A DNA stretch of 64,000 nt, taken from assembly GCA_018901755.1 (NCBI GenBank), contig JAHIDZ010000021.1:2467-66466 (forward strand), written 5' to 3'. The position numbers were made by a program, and so were the translations under genes. The notes below the pieces were generated by a model. It had not been told where the DNA came from. It ran no database searches and saw only the letters and a program-made list of their open reading frames with translations. The stretch comes from Nanobdellota archaeon. Lineage in GTDB: Archaea; Aenigmatarchaeota; Aenigmatarchaeia; Aenigmatarchaeales; Aenigmatarchaeaceae. Positions 15,709-25,403 of this stretch are shown one piece after another. The stretch's first letter is position 1; every line of letters starts with the position of its first letter.

Positions 15709-17805
15709 TTGTTCATAGGTGTTAGTCTGAATATTAAGAATTTTTTTATTAAGTATTGGTGGGCATTTGCACTTGCAGCAATATTTTTTATATCATATTA
15801 TGTTAGAAGTATAAATATAATACCAGATAGAATACTTTCTTTTGATCCAATGTTTCAGTTTAGATTCACGAAATATTTTGCAGATTGGGGGGTTTTGCCA
15901 AATTGGGATGAATTAACATATTATGTCGGTAGACCAATCAACAGTACTTTACTGGGGCCTCTTATGGCTTACATAACATCAGCAATATACTGGCTAGTAA
16001 AAGGCTTTGGTATAAGTCTTCTTACAGTCTGTTCCTATGCATCTGCAATATATGGAGCGATGATAGTTTTTCCTGCTTTTCTACTTGGTAGAGAAATATC
16101 CAATAAATATGGAGGTCTGCTCGCTGCTGGACTGATTGGAACCGCTCCACAGATACTCATAAGAACATTTGGAAGTTCTTACGATACAGATCAACTGGCA
16201 TTATTTTTCATCGTATTAACAATTTATCTTGGAATTTATGCTCTTAGAAAAAAAACAATAACAAGTTATGCAATGGCATTTACTGGATTTCTTGCATTCA
16301 TGTTTGCATGGGGTCTATTTATCTATTCATTTATCATGGTTGCAATATATACTATAACACTTCTTGTGTTAACAACTCTAATGAGAAAAGAAGATATTAA
16401 AGAAGGTATAAAATCAAAACCGAATTTAAAAGAAAATTTCAAACATGCTATGATTGGATTCAAAAAAGAATTTTTAATATTGACTGGATTGGCGGCTTCA
16501 TTGATAGGCGTAGGTTATCTTCTGAAAACAGACATATTCATTCAATCACTAATTTCCATAATTGGATTTGCTGGAAAAGCTGAATCATGGATAGTAAACA
16601 TATCTATTGCCGAATTACAAGCATTTAATATATTCAACCTAAACGGATGGATGCTTGCAATGGGTCAATTTGTTACAGGGGTGGTCTATATTGACATGGC
16701 AGTATTCTTAACATTTGTGTCATTCATATTTTTCGGATTATACGCAGGATATAAAAAAGATATTAATAAAATATCTATACTATTAACACTTGCACTAATC
16801 GCAGTTGCTACAACTTTCAGAGGAATTAGATTTACAGAATTCTCATCAGCACTATTCATAATAGTTATCGGCGCCGGATATGGTTATTTTGTAGATTGGT
16901 CTAAAAAGAACGATTTCATGAAAGTATTTGCAATCGGTGTTGGTATCTGCATAATGTTTATAGCAGTGGGTGTTTCAATGCAACTAGGTACGCAATTAGG
17001 TCCTGACATGAATTCAAATTGGGATGGTGCTTGGAATTTCATAAAAACACAAACACCGCAATTATCTATAATTGGAACATGGTGGGACCCAGGACATATG
17101 ATAGCTAGTATTGCTGAGCGAAGAAACTTTGCAGACGGAGCGCACTGCCCAGAGCCATGTATGTACAACATTAATGATCGTATAGTAGACCTTGGTAAAA
17201 TAATGGCTACTACGAATGAAGATGAATCATTGCAATTGATTAAAAAATATCAAGGCGATTCTCCTAAAGTCTATTGGATAGCATCAGATGATTTGATAGG
17301 AAAATTCCAGTGGCTACAATACTTTGGAACAGGATGCGACGCTAGATCAGATGCAAGTTGTCCATTGTATTATCAAGCCGCGCGCTCTGATATAAAATAC
17401 GATGAACAAGGACAAGCAAGCGCAGTATACTTTGGAAATATAATAATTTTACCTACAAACATACCAATTCCTATTATAACACAAGGAAAAAGCGCAGCAG
17501 TTGTCAAAGAAGTAATATTTTATGATAACGAAGGAAATATACAAACCATTGATTTATCTGATTCAATAGAAATGATTAAACCTTTCGGGGCTGATTTAAA
17601 ACTAAATATAGTTGATGATGTTGTTCCAATAACAGTCTGGATACAAAAACAATATGGATATGTAATTATAATACCACAGACACTTAGAGAGGCAGTCTTT
17701 ACTAAAATGTATTTCATGCGTGGACAAGGATTAAAATGTTTTAATTTGGTATATGATAATGAACAGGTCAAAATATTTGAAGTAAATACGGCGTGTAAAT
17801 CATGA
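15709..17805 (+). CDS. aglB: Archaeal oligosaccharyltransferase AglB (STT3 family)
   Basis: 698 aa and multi-TM. The first-loop acidic motif is SFDPMFQFRF and the catalytic WWDxG motif is TWWDPGH. The track start is a TTG, so the exact start is uncertain. Confidence 0.9.
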   Translation: MFIGVSLNIKNFFIKYWWAFALAAIFFISYYVRSINIIPDRILSFDPMFQFRFTKYFADWGVLPNWDELTYYVGRPINSTLLGPLMAYITSAIYWLVKGFGISLLTVCSYASAIYGAMIVFPAFLLGREISNKYGGLLAAGLIGTAPQILIRTFGSSYDTDQLALFFIVLTIYLGIYALRKKTITSYAMAFTGFLAFMFAWGLFIYSFIMVAIYTITLLVLTTLMRKEDIKEGIKSKPNLKENFKHAMIGFKKEFLILTGLAASLIGVGYLLKTDIFIQSLISIIGFAGKAESWIVNISIAELQAFNIFNLNGWMLAMGQFVTGVVYIDMAVFLTFVSFIFFGLYAGYKKDINKISILLTLALIAVATTFRGIRFTEFSSALFIIVIGAGYGYFVDWSKKNDFMKVFAIGVGICIMFIAVGVSMQLGTQLGPDMNSNWDGAWNFIKTQTPQLSIIGTWWDPGHMIASIAERRNFADGAHCPEPCMYNINDRIVDLGKIMATTNEDESLQLIKKYQGDSPKVYWIASDDLIGKFQWLQYFGTGCDARSDASCPLYYQAARSDIKYDEQGQASAVYFGNIIILPTNIPIPIITQGKSAAVVKEVIFYDNEGNIQTIDLSDSIEMIKPFGADLKLNIVDDVVPITVWIQKQYGYVIIIPQTLREAVFTKMYFMRGQGLKCFNLVYDNEQVKIFEVNTACKS

Positions 17806-18515
17806 AAAATATAAAGTGTCAACTTTGTAACAAATATACTATGAAAAAAACAGCTGTTATAGTTCCAGCTTACAATGAAGAAAAGAATTTACCAAAATTA
17901 ATCAAACCACTTAAAAAATATGCCAGTATTGTTATAGTTGTCGATGATGCTTCTAAAGATAAAACATCTGAAATAGCTCATAAAGAAGGCGCGATTGTCC
18001 TAAAGCATTCAACAAATAAAGGAAAAGGTGAAGCACTTAAAACAGCTTTTGCTTATATTAAAAATAATACTAAAATAAAATTTATTGCACTAATTGATGC
18101 CGATCTACAGTTTTCACCAAGTGAAATCCTTAAAGTTTTAAAACCACTCAATGGAATAAAATTCGTAATGGGTAAACGCAATTGGAAAGATGTGCCATTC
18201 AGACACGCTCTTGGTAATTTTGTCTGGAGAACATTATTTAATATTCTTTATGGAACAAAATTAAAAGATACAAATTGTGGTCTTGTGGCATTTTCTAGAG
18301 ACATAATTGATAAAATTGAAGTTGGTGGTGGATACATAATAGAAAATATGATGCTTGCGTCTGCAATTAAAAATAATATAAAAATAGAACAAGTTCCTGT
18401 AAATGTAAAATATCATATAATTCATGGCCTTCCAAGAGGAGCACATGTAGTATCTGGAGTATTTTTATTTATTCTAAAAGACGGAATTAAATACAGATTA
18501 TCTAAGCTTTTTTAA
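17802..18515 (+). CDS. GT2 glycosyltransferase (dolichyl-phosphate hexose synthase-like)
   Basis: AVIVPAYNEEKNLPKLI, VVDDASKDKT and DADLQ motifs. The ATG overlaps the aglB stop (ATGA). An alternative start is the second Met at 17841. Confidence 0.8.
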   Translation: MKNIKCQLCNKYTMKKTAVIVPAYNEEKNLPKLIKPLKKYASIVIVVDDASKDKTSEIAHKEGAIVLKHSTNKGKGEALKTAFAYIKNNTKIKFIALIDADLQFSPSEILKVLKPLNGIKFVMGKRNWKDVPFRHALGNFVWRTLFNILYGTKLKDTNCGLVAFSRDIIDKIEVGGGYIIENMMLASAIKNNIKIEQVPVNVKYHIIHGLPRGAHVVSGVFLFILKDGIKYRLSKLF

Positions 18516-19190
18516 TAGATATTCAAAATTCTCTCTATTCTTTGAAAAGTATTTGTCTCCTTTCTTGAAATGGTCTGGATGAAAATTAAACGCTATAATA
18601 CCTTTCATTTTAGCAGCTTCCTTAAGAACCATATCAATATCTTTTTTACTCGGTTCGGAAACAATTGATATCATTGTAATATGTTTGTATTTCTTCGGCC
18701 AATAGAACATAACATGATTTGTTTTATATCCAAAAGACACAGGATCGACAAACATATATTGAATCTTATCTGGTAATTTATTAAGTATCATTGGGTAGAA
18801 ATTAGTTCTCTTTATGGCCACATGTTGTGAATATGATTTAACACCTACGCCAAGATTATCGAAAATCTTCATGTTTTTCTTAAATCGATATGGAAACGTT
18901 TCATGCATACCGACATCTACATTGAATATCTTAGCGTAATACATTGTTTTTCTGAGAACCATTATTATTGATTTGATTTTCTTCTTCCTTTCAAGATCAA
19001 TCATTTCATGCATTTCTTCTTCAAACCCGATATTATCAATATCATGAATTATAATAACTTTTGCTCCTTTGTATTTAGAATACGGTATTGTTAATTTAGT
19101 CAATGCCTCTTTCATCGGATGCTCTACGTGTTTCCTCATTTTGAAATTAGCAAGCTGATACAGATATCTTATCTTATTTGAAATCGGCAT
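18498..19190 (-). CDS. Hypothetical protein, weakly polysaccharide-deacetylase-like
   Basis: 230-aa ORF, last gene of the long minus-strand operon. IIIHDID, VGMHETF and NFHPDHF loosely resemble CE4 metal-binding motifs. The functional assignment is tentative. Confidence 0.3.
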   Translation of the reverse strand: MPISNKIRYLYQLANFKMRKHVEHPMKEALTKLTIPYSKYKGAKVIIIHDIDNIGFEEEMHEMIDLERKKKIKSIIMVLRKTMYYAKIFNVDVGMHETFPYRFKKNMKIFDNLGVGVKSYSQHVAIKRTNFYPMILNKLPDKIQYMFVDPVSFGYKTNHVMFYWPKKYKHITMISIVSEPSKKDIDMVLKEAAKMKGIIAFNFHPDHFKKGDKYFSKNRENFEYLLKKLR

Positions 19191-19203
19191 AATAATTATT
19201 CTC

Positions 19204-20631
19204 TTACTGTTTATTAATCTTTTTTCTAATCACACTATTATAGAAGTATCTCCACGCTTCTCCTGGGTGTGTAGCAGCATATTTCATTACAAACGGTGAG
19301 AAAACATCTTTGATCTTAAAACTAACAGCATATTGATTTCCCTCTATTTGTTTTTTGAAATTATCATATATCTGCAAGAACTCTTCCTTAGGCATTGTTT
19401 TATTTAAATAAATAAATTCTCCTGTTTCCGGAGCCATATCAAGCATACTCCAGTCCATATCATCTGAAACCAAACCTCGTTGCTTTGCGTCTTCCCATAT
19501 TTCTGTTCCAGGATATGGCGCAAGAACCGTTAATGTAATCGTATCTATTTTATTCTCTTTGATAAAATTAAGTGTTTTTAGTATATCGTCTTTAGTTTCA
19601 TCAGGAGCGCCGATCATGAAAAATCCATGAATTTTAATTCCATATTTGTGCGTCAACTCAACTGCTTTTTTATTCATCTCTACTGTAGTTGTATCTCGTT
19701 TAAGATATTTCAAAATTCTCTGTGATCCAGACTCAAATCCGTAATCAATCTGAAGAACATTCATTTCTTTAAGCAGCTTCATCCGTTCTTCATTAATTAT
19801 GTCTACTCTAGATAGACATCCGAAGTCTACTTTTTCTTGTATTTTATCTTGCTTAAGGAGAGAAACTATTTTTCTTAATCTATCAGTATCAGATGCAAAC
19901 AAATCATCAAATAAAAGTATTTCCTCGACTCGATATTTATTGATCAGTTCATTCATTTCACCAACTACGTATTCTGGTGAGAACATTCTAAGCTGTCTTT
20001 CCCAAAAATGAGACGATGAACAAAAACGACATGAAAATGGGCAACCTCGTCCAGAAAACATATGCGTTGCTCGGCTTACTTTACCAGCTGTACCAGCGCG
20101 TCTAGGAACAAGATATTCTTTTTCCATTTTAAACAGATCACGCGCCGGATATGGTATCTCATCTAATGGTCGTATCAATTCACGCCGTGGTGTCATTGCA
20201 ATTTGACCATTATTATTAAACACGATTCCTTTGATTTTATCTAGATTTTCTAATTTATTATCTAAAAGAATTTTTGTCGTCGCCTCTCCTTCGCCTAAAA
20301 CACCGACATTAAAAGAATTATTGAATACTTTTGGCATTATCGTAATGTGATTACCTCCGATTATAACAGGTATATTCAGTTCTGTTTTTATTCTTCTCGC
20401 TAATTGTTCTGCTCGAGCGAATTCTTTAGTTACAGATGAAATTCCAACTACATCTGGCTTTTCTTTTTTTATTGCCTGAAAAGTGTCTTTTGCTTTGTCA
20501 ACAATAGAAACTCTAATATCTGGTGAATATTTTCGAATATATGAACTAAGATACGCAATACCCAGTGGGGGTTGTCCGCTTATTTTTTCTGTACTAATAT
20601 GAGTAAAAACTACTTTCAATTTTATCACCAT
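19204..20631 (-). CDS. Cobalamin-binding-domain radical SAM enzyme (class B), paralogue 1
   Basis: 475 aa. The N-terminal Rossmann-like B12-domain pattern is PPLGIAYLSSY..VVGISS..IIGGNH. The CX3CX2C cluster is GRGCPFSCRFCSS. Confidence 0.8.
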   Translation of the reverse strand: MVIKLKVVFTHISTEKISGQPPLGIAYLSSYIRKYSPDIRVSIVDKAKDTFQAIKKEKPDVVGISSVTKEFARAEQLARRIKTELNIPVIIGGNHITIMPKVFNNSFNVGVLGEGEATTKILLDNKLENLDKIKGIVFNNNGQIAMTPRRELIRPLDEIPYPARDLFKMEKEYLVPRRAGTAGKVSRATHMFSGRGCPFSCRFCSSSHFWERQLRMFSPEYVVGEMNELINKYRVEEILLFDDLFASDTDRLRKIVSLLKQDKIQEKVDFGCLSRVDIINEERMKLLKEMNVLQIDYGFESGSQRILKYLKRDTTTVEMNKKAVELTHKYGIKIHGFFMIGAPDETKDDILKTLNFIKENKIDTITLTVLAPYPGTEIWEDAKQRGLVSDDMDWSMLDMAPETGEFIYLNKTMPKEEFLQIYDNFKKQIEGNQYAVSFKIKDVFSPFVMKYAATHPGEAWRYFYNSVIRKKINKQ

Positions 20632-21343
20632 TTTTAGTATGAATTACCTTATGACATTTTTCACATAAAATTTGACCGTTATCAATATTAAATCTTGATT
20701 CTGGATATTTTGAAAATACTTGCATGTGGTGTGCTTGTAACATTTTGTGGGTTCCGCGCATCTGACAACTATAATGATCTCTCTTAAAAACATTTATTCT
20801 CCACTGTTTATATTCTAAAGAATCTCTGATTAATTCTATCTGAGGTGTTATACCTCCTTTCCATGCACCATTATTTGCACCCTTTAATTTATCACTTATT
20901 TTCTTCCTAACTTCCCATGAACTAGAAGTATTATTATCGGCTGTCATATTCTTATGTATATTTCCACATTTTGAACAAGGTTTACCATTATATTTATGTC
21001 CTTTTGTCTTCTGAACAATTTTTTCTATGACTTCTTTTGAATGTTCAGTTTTATGACCTTTTTTGAATCTTCCATTATTTTCAGAATTTTGAGAAGATAT
21101 GCTCATTTTCTTTCTTGTTTCTTCTGATGGTGTATACAAACCAATTTTTCCTTTGTTCCATACCATTCTACCAAGGTTTGCTTCAGATATTGTTCTTGTT
21201 GGTATTTTGTATTTTATTAATTTTCTATGTATGGTTGTTGGATTTACATTAAATTCTTTAGCTATCTGAGCACAGCTGTTTCTTTCTTTAATATATCTTT
21301 TATGTAAAATTATTTTGTCTAATGGTGTCATTGTAAATTTCAT
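20594..21343 (-). mobile_element. Free-standing HNH homing endonuclease gene with N-terminal HTH and NUMOD3-like repeats
   Basis: 249 aa. HTH: CAQIAKEFNVNPTTIHRKLIKY. Repeated G.H/K..E.R.K.S segments: PSEETRKKMSISSQ, HSKEVIEKIVQ, WEVRKKISDKLKG. HNH core: WRINVFKRDHYSCQMRG..LQAHHMQ..NIDNGQILCEKCHKVIH. The 3' end overlaps the start of the radical SAM gene by 38 nt. Confidence 0.8.
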
Positions 21344-21373
21344 ACTAACTCTTTCGTTTTAAGGTTTAAATGT

Positions 21374-22384
21374 TTAACCGCCTTTCTGCTTTACAAGAAA
21401 TGGACCAATCAATCTAGTTATTAATGTGGGTAATTTTTTCCATATTTTTATGAATGTACCGTATCCAGAAACCTTAACTGAAGGAATAGTAGAATAAACA
21501 GGTATCTGAACACTCTTCGCACCCCAACTTTCCTTAAAATCAAGTAATCCTTTATTATCGCTAGTTCCAAAATTAAAATACTTGTATTTATTTTTACAGG
21601 AATATTTGATAGCTTCCCACACTAAAAGATTATACGGTTTCAAATGTAGATAGTTTTCATTTGCTGCGCCTGAAAAATACAAAATTTCATCTTTATGCAT
21701 AAGCAGGATTATTCCGCCTATAATTTTGCCTTCTAGTTCTGCCACGAATATTTTAATCATGTTCTTTGAATACATTAATGACCAGAGATTTCTATAAAAA
21801 CAAAGTGGTTCAGATGGTATACCATATTTCTTTGCGCTTAATTTCATCTTCAGACTATGGTATGTTCTCAAATCATTTTCATTTCCTTCTCTAACTTTAA
21901 GCCCGTCCTTCTCTGCTTTTCTTATAGCGTTTCTATGTTTTTTATCCATCTTATCCCAGGCATCATCACTGTTAGTTAATTCAAGTATAGACAATTTAGT
22001 TTCTAAATTTTCATTTAACCCATAATCTTTTGCAATATCATCTGGCAATTTTTGACGCATTCTTATTTCAAGATATTTTGAACCTTTAGAAATCTCTTTG
22101 CTTCTAACAAGCATCTCTCTCAGAACTTTGGTATTTTTGTAAATAGGATCTCCTGAAAAAGCAAATGGTAATGATATAAAACGCTTTCCAAAAATAAAAC
22201 TATTCACACAGAACATTGGAAAACACCCCATAATTGATCCGTCATCTCTCGATAACAAATAATACGGCTTATAACCAAACGTATTAACTATCGAATTTCT
22301 CCATTCTATTGTATGGAATATATTAGAAGCATTGTGTCTAATGAAACTGTTCCATTCATCGTCATTAGAAACAAGTTCTATCAT
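21374..22384 (-). CDS. FemAB-family (aminoacyl-tRNA-dependent peptidyl/aminoacyl transferase-like, GNAT fold) protein
   Basis: 336 aa. HRNAIRKAEKDGLKVREG .. FVAELEGKIIGGIILLMHKDEILYFSGAAN..YNLLVWEAIKYSCKNKYKYFNFGTS..GLLDFKESWGA matches the FemAB/Acetyltransf_6 pattern. Confidence 0.65.
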   Translation of the reverse strand: MIELVSNDDEWNSFIRHNASNIFHTIEWRNSIVNTFGYKPYYLLSRDDGSIMGCFPMFCVNSFIFGKRFISLPFAFSGDPIYKNTKVLREMLVRSKEISKGSKYLEIRMRQKLPDDIAKDYGLNENLETKLSILELTNSDDAWDKMDKKHRNAIRKAEKDGLKVREGNENDLRTYHSLKMKLSAKKYGIPSEPLCFYRNLWSLMYSKNMIKIFVAELEGKIIGGIILLMHKDEILYFSGAANENYLHLKPYNLLVWEAIKYSCKNKYKYFNFGTSDNKGLLDFKESWGAKSVQIPVYSTIPSVKVSGYGTFIKIWKKLPTLITRLIGPFLVKQKGG

Positions 22385-23407
22385 TTAATTAATCTCCACG
22401 ATTTCATAATTATCTGAACCAAGTTCAAATTTTAAACCAGCATCTATTTGTTTCAATGGGTTTGATTTTATAATTTTTGCAAACCGACCATTTGATGCTT
22501 TCTGCACCAAATCAAAAGAAGCTTTATCAATCGCAACAATATCATCTGAAACAGCTATTCCAACATTTGGGGATACTATCTTACCCATGTCAGTAGAACC
22601 AAGTGGACAGCAATCGCACATACTTGTGATATCTAACATAACATTAACATAAAGAGATTTGTTTCTAAATTTGTCTACAAAAAATGAACAAACTTCACCA
22701 AGGCCGTTAGCGAGAGAGGTTGTCTTTTCTTTTATAGCTTTTTGCGAACAAAAATCAACGCAGTTGCAACAACCAAAACAATTATCATAATTTATAACTG
22801 CTTTTTTGTTTTTGATTGAAATAGCTTTTCCAAAACAAATGTCTTTACAAATACCACAACCAATGCACTTACTCTGATTGATTTCAGCTTGCGTATCTAT
22901 ATGTAAAGTTTTCTTGCCCGACTTTGGAACAAACCCCATTCCAATATTCTTTATTGCTCCGCCGAATGTTGCAAGATCATGACCTTTAAAATGAGAAATA
23001 ATAACCATACCGTCTGCATCATATGGTTTCTTAGCAATATCTATTCCGTTCTTGAAAAACTTGCTTTTCTTTTTAATGCTTTCATCTGAAATTATAATCG
23101 AACAACCCATCGTCTCTTCAGTAAAACCATTCTTTCTAGCTGTCTCATATGATTTTTCAACCGAATCTCTTCCTCCGGAATATAATGTCAGTGTTTCAGA
23201 TATGAATGGCTTAACTCCGATTTTCTTAAGTTCTTCAACAACAAGACCAACTATTGGCGGTCTTACATAAGCAAGATTGCCATATTCGCCCATATGTGGT
23301 TTAATTACAACAACATCTCCTTTCTTGAATTTCTTTTTTAAATTTTCAGCTAGCGTCTTTCTTAAATTTTGTAGTAAATGATGCTTTATGAAATATACTT
23401 TACTCAT
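22385..23407 (-). CDS. DUF362 domain protein with two 4Fe-4S ferredoxin motifs
   Basis: VVIKPHMGEYGN..RPPIVGLVVEELKKIG is the DUF362 N-terminus. The cluster motifs are CIGCGICKDIC and CFGCCNCVDFC. Confidence 0.75.
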   Translation of the reverse strand: MSKVYFIKHHLLQNLRKTLAENLKKKFKKGDVVVIKPHMGEYGNLAYVRPPIVGLVVEELKKIGVKPFISETLTLYSGGRDSVEKSYETARKNGFTEETMGCSIIISDESIKKKSKFFKNGIDIAKKPYDADGMVIISHFKGHDLATFGGAIKNIGMGFVPKSGKKTLHIDTQAEINQSKCIGCGICKDICFGKAISIKNKKAVINYDNCFGCCNCVDFCSQKAIKEKTTSLANGLGEVCSFFVDKFRNKSLYVNVMLDITSMCDCCPLGSTDMGKIVSPNVGIAVSDDIVAIDKASFDLVQKASNGRFAKIIKSNPLKQIDAGLKFELGSDNYEIVEIN

Positions 23408-24450
23408 TTAATCAACTCTTTGTAAACATTGATTATCTTTGGTATAATTATCTTTGTATCATAATTCTTTCTTATAAAATTTATTGATTTCTTCGATACG
23501 CTCTTGTAGAATTTCTTGTTTTTCATCAATTTATTTATTATCAATTCCGGATCTCCACTTAACATCGTATGTGCTCTAAGTTCCTTATAATGATATCTAA
23601 GTAGACGCGGTGTTGCTTCATTCAGAATTGAAACACATCCAGATGACATGGCTTCTTTCGCAGCCATACCATGTCCAAAGTATACATTTATGTTATTGTA
23701 GAACTTTGGCATTTTATTATGTGGAACTCTTTTCATGTATTTTATTCCATATTTGTCAAACTCGGCTTTCATCTGTTTTGTGCAATAACCAATTGCTACA
23801 AATCTAACATTCTTCATTCTTTTAGCTAAATCAATAAATAAATCCAATCGCTTACTTGGTTCTAATGTGATCTGTGATCCGATTGTAAACTTATTCGGTT
23901 TCGCTTTAGGTTTAAACAATTTCGTATCAATTGGATGTTCTATCAAAACAGATTTATTTTTCAGACCAAGTCGTTTCAGATTGCAAAATATTTCATATGA
24001 CAGTGCAATTATCTTATTGTATGGAAGTTTCAAAATATTCCTTTCCATTATCTTAAAAGCATATGCTCTATATTTAGGATGATATCTAAAATATTCTTCT
24101 AAAAATAAAAAGTGCAAATTAACAACAACTGGTATTTTGAATTTTCTTGCTGCAAAATATGCCGGCACACAAGCAGTAAATGCGTTTGTATGAATTATAT
24201 CTGGCCCAAATCTTCGTATTACTTTTCTTATTTCTTTTATTTTAAACATGAATTCTCTTCTTGTTTTGAAATGTAAACGTTGAACAATAATACCGTTTTT
24301 CTTTTCAACCATATTTGGTCCTTTGGTTCCAGTAAGAACCATTACATTGATTCCTCTCTTATGCAACTCGCCAACTAAATTTTCTGCATAGATTTCTCCA
24401 CCGCCAACTAGTTCTGGTGGATATAATTCATGAATATATAGAACTTTCAT
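23404..24450 (-). CDS. GT4 (GT-B fold) glycosyltransferase
   Basis: 348 aa. The N-terminus is MKVLYIHELYPPELVGGGEIYAENL. The C-terminal part has a GT1/GT4-like E..G......EAM pattern. 4-nt overlaps on both sides. Confidence 0.75.
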   Translation of the reverse strand: MKVLYIHELYPPELVGGGEIYAENLVGELHKRGINVMVLTGTKGPNMVEKKNGIIVQRLHFKTRREFMFKIKEIRKVIRRFGPDIIHTNAFTACVPAYFAARKFKIPVVVNLHFLFLEEYFRYHPKYRAYAFKIMERNILKLPYNKIIALSYEIFCNLKRLGLKNKSVLIEHPIDTKLFKPKAKPNKFTIGSQITLEPSKRLDLFIDLAKRMKNVRFVAIGYCTKQMKAEFDKYGIKYMKRVPHNKMPKFYNNINVYFGHGMAAKEAMSSGCVSILNEATPRLLRYHYKELRAHTMLSGDPELIINKLMKNKKFYKSVSKKSINFIRKNYDTKIIIPKIINVYKELIK

Positions 24451-25403
24451 TGCAGCATCATCTCAAGCAGACCCATTACAATACCAAATCCCCACGCAAA
24501 TGTTCTAACTGAAAATATCATCATATAATAAATGAAATCAGTAACTGTTTTTGACAAATTGTGTGTTTCATATGTAAACATTAAAAATAATATAAAAAAT
24601 AAGAAACTAGACAATCCTGCGAAAATAATCCATTTTGAACCTAGTACTAAGAAGAATAATGATAACATCATTAAAAACATCTCTGATATCATAGTTCTGT
24701 TTGAAACTTCGTCACCAGATATTCTATGCCTATTTCTTTTCGAAAGATAAACCTTTGGAACATTAAGTCCGTAAGTATATTGCTGTTTGAAATAGCTTCT
24801 CCATGTCGCTCGATGATAGTGCCAAACAATTGCTTTTGGTGTAAAAATTGTTTTTCCATATTTATTCAAACGATAGCCCCACTCTGTTTCCTGAGCGACA
24901 TTAAGATTTTCATCAAATCTTTCTAATTTTGCAATCTTAGTTCTAACACAAAGATTCATAGTCGGAAGTCTTGCCACATATTTTGGAAGATTTGAGAAAC
25001 GATACTCTAGCTCTCTTCCAATAAGATCTGGAAGTTTTTTCATTCCGGTTGGATTTTTTATTGTTCCACCTACTGTTACAGCATGTGGTTCAAATGCTTC
25101 TGTCAGTAATTTTAACCAATTCTTATCTACAACTGCATCCGCATCTGTAAATGCAACAAAATCTGATTTAACTTTCTTCAGCATGTGATTGTAAGCAACT
25201 GACATGTTTCCATGAATTTGTTCTAATTGGATTTTTTTTCCATATTTCTTTAGAATCTTAAATGTATTATCTGTTGAAAATGCATCAGTAACATAAATTT
25301 TATAATTTTTATAATTCTGTTTAAGAATTGAATCAATGCATTTACCTATTGTTTTCTCACTATTTCTCACTGTTACTAAAACTGTTACTGAAGGTTGTTT
25401 CAT
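24447..25403 (-). CDS. GT2 glycosyltransferase with C-terminal transmembrane segments
   Basis: SVTVLVTVRNSEKTIGKCIDSIL, TDAFSTDNT and TDADAVVD motifs, with hydrophobic C-terminal helices. Confidence 0.8.
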   Translation of the reverse strand: MKQPSVTVLVTVRNSEKTIGKCIDSILKQNYKNYKIYVTDAFSTDNTFKILKKYGKKIQLEQIHGNMSVAYNHMLKKVKSDFVAFTDADAVVDKNWLKLLTEAFEPHAVTVGGTIKNPTGMKKLPDLIGRELEYRFSNLPKYVARLPTMNLCVRTKIAKLERFDENLNVAQETEWGYRLNKYGKTIFTPKAIVWHYHRATWRSYFKQQYTYGLNVPKVYLSKRNRHRISGDEVSNRTMISEMFLMMLSLFFLVLGSKWIIFAGLSSFLFFILFLMFTYETHNLSKTVTDFIYYMMIFSVRTFAWGFGIVMGLLEMMLQ

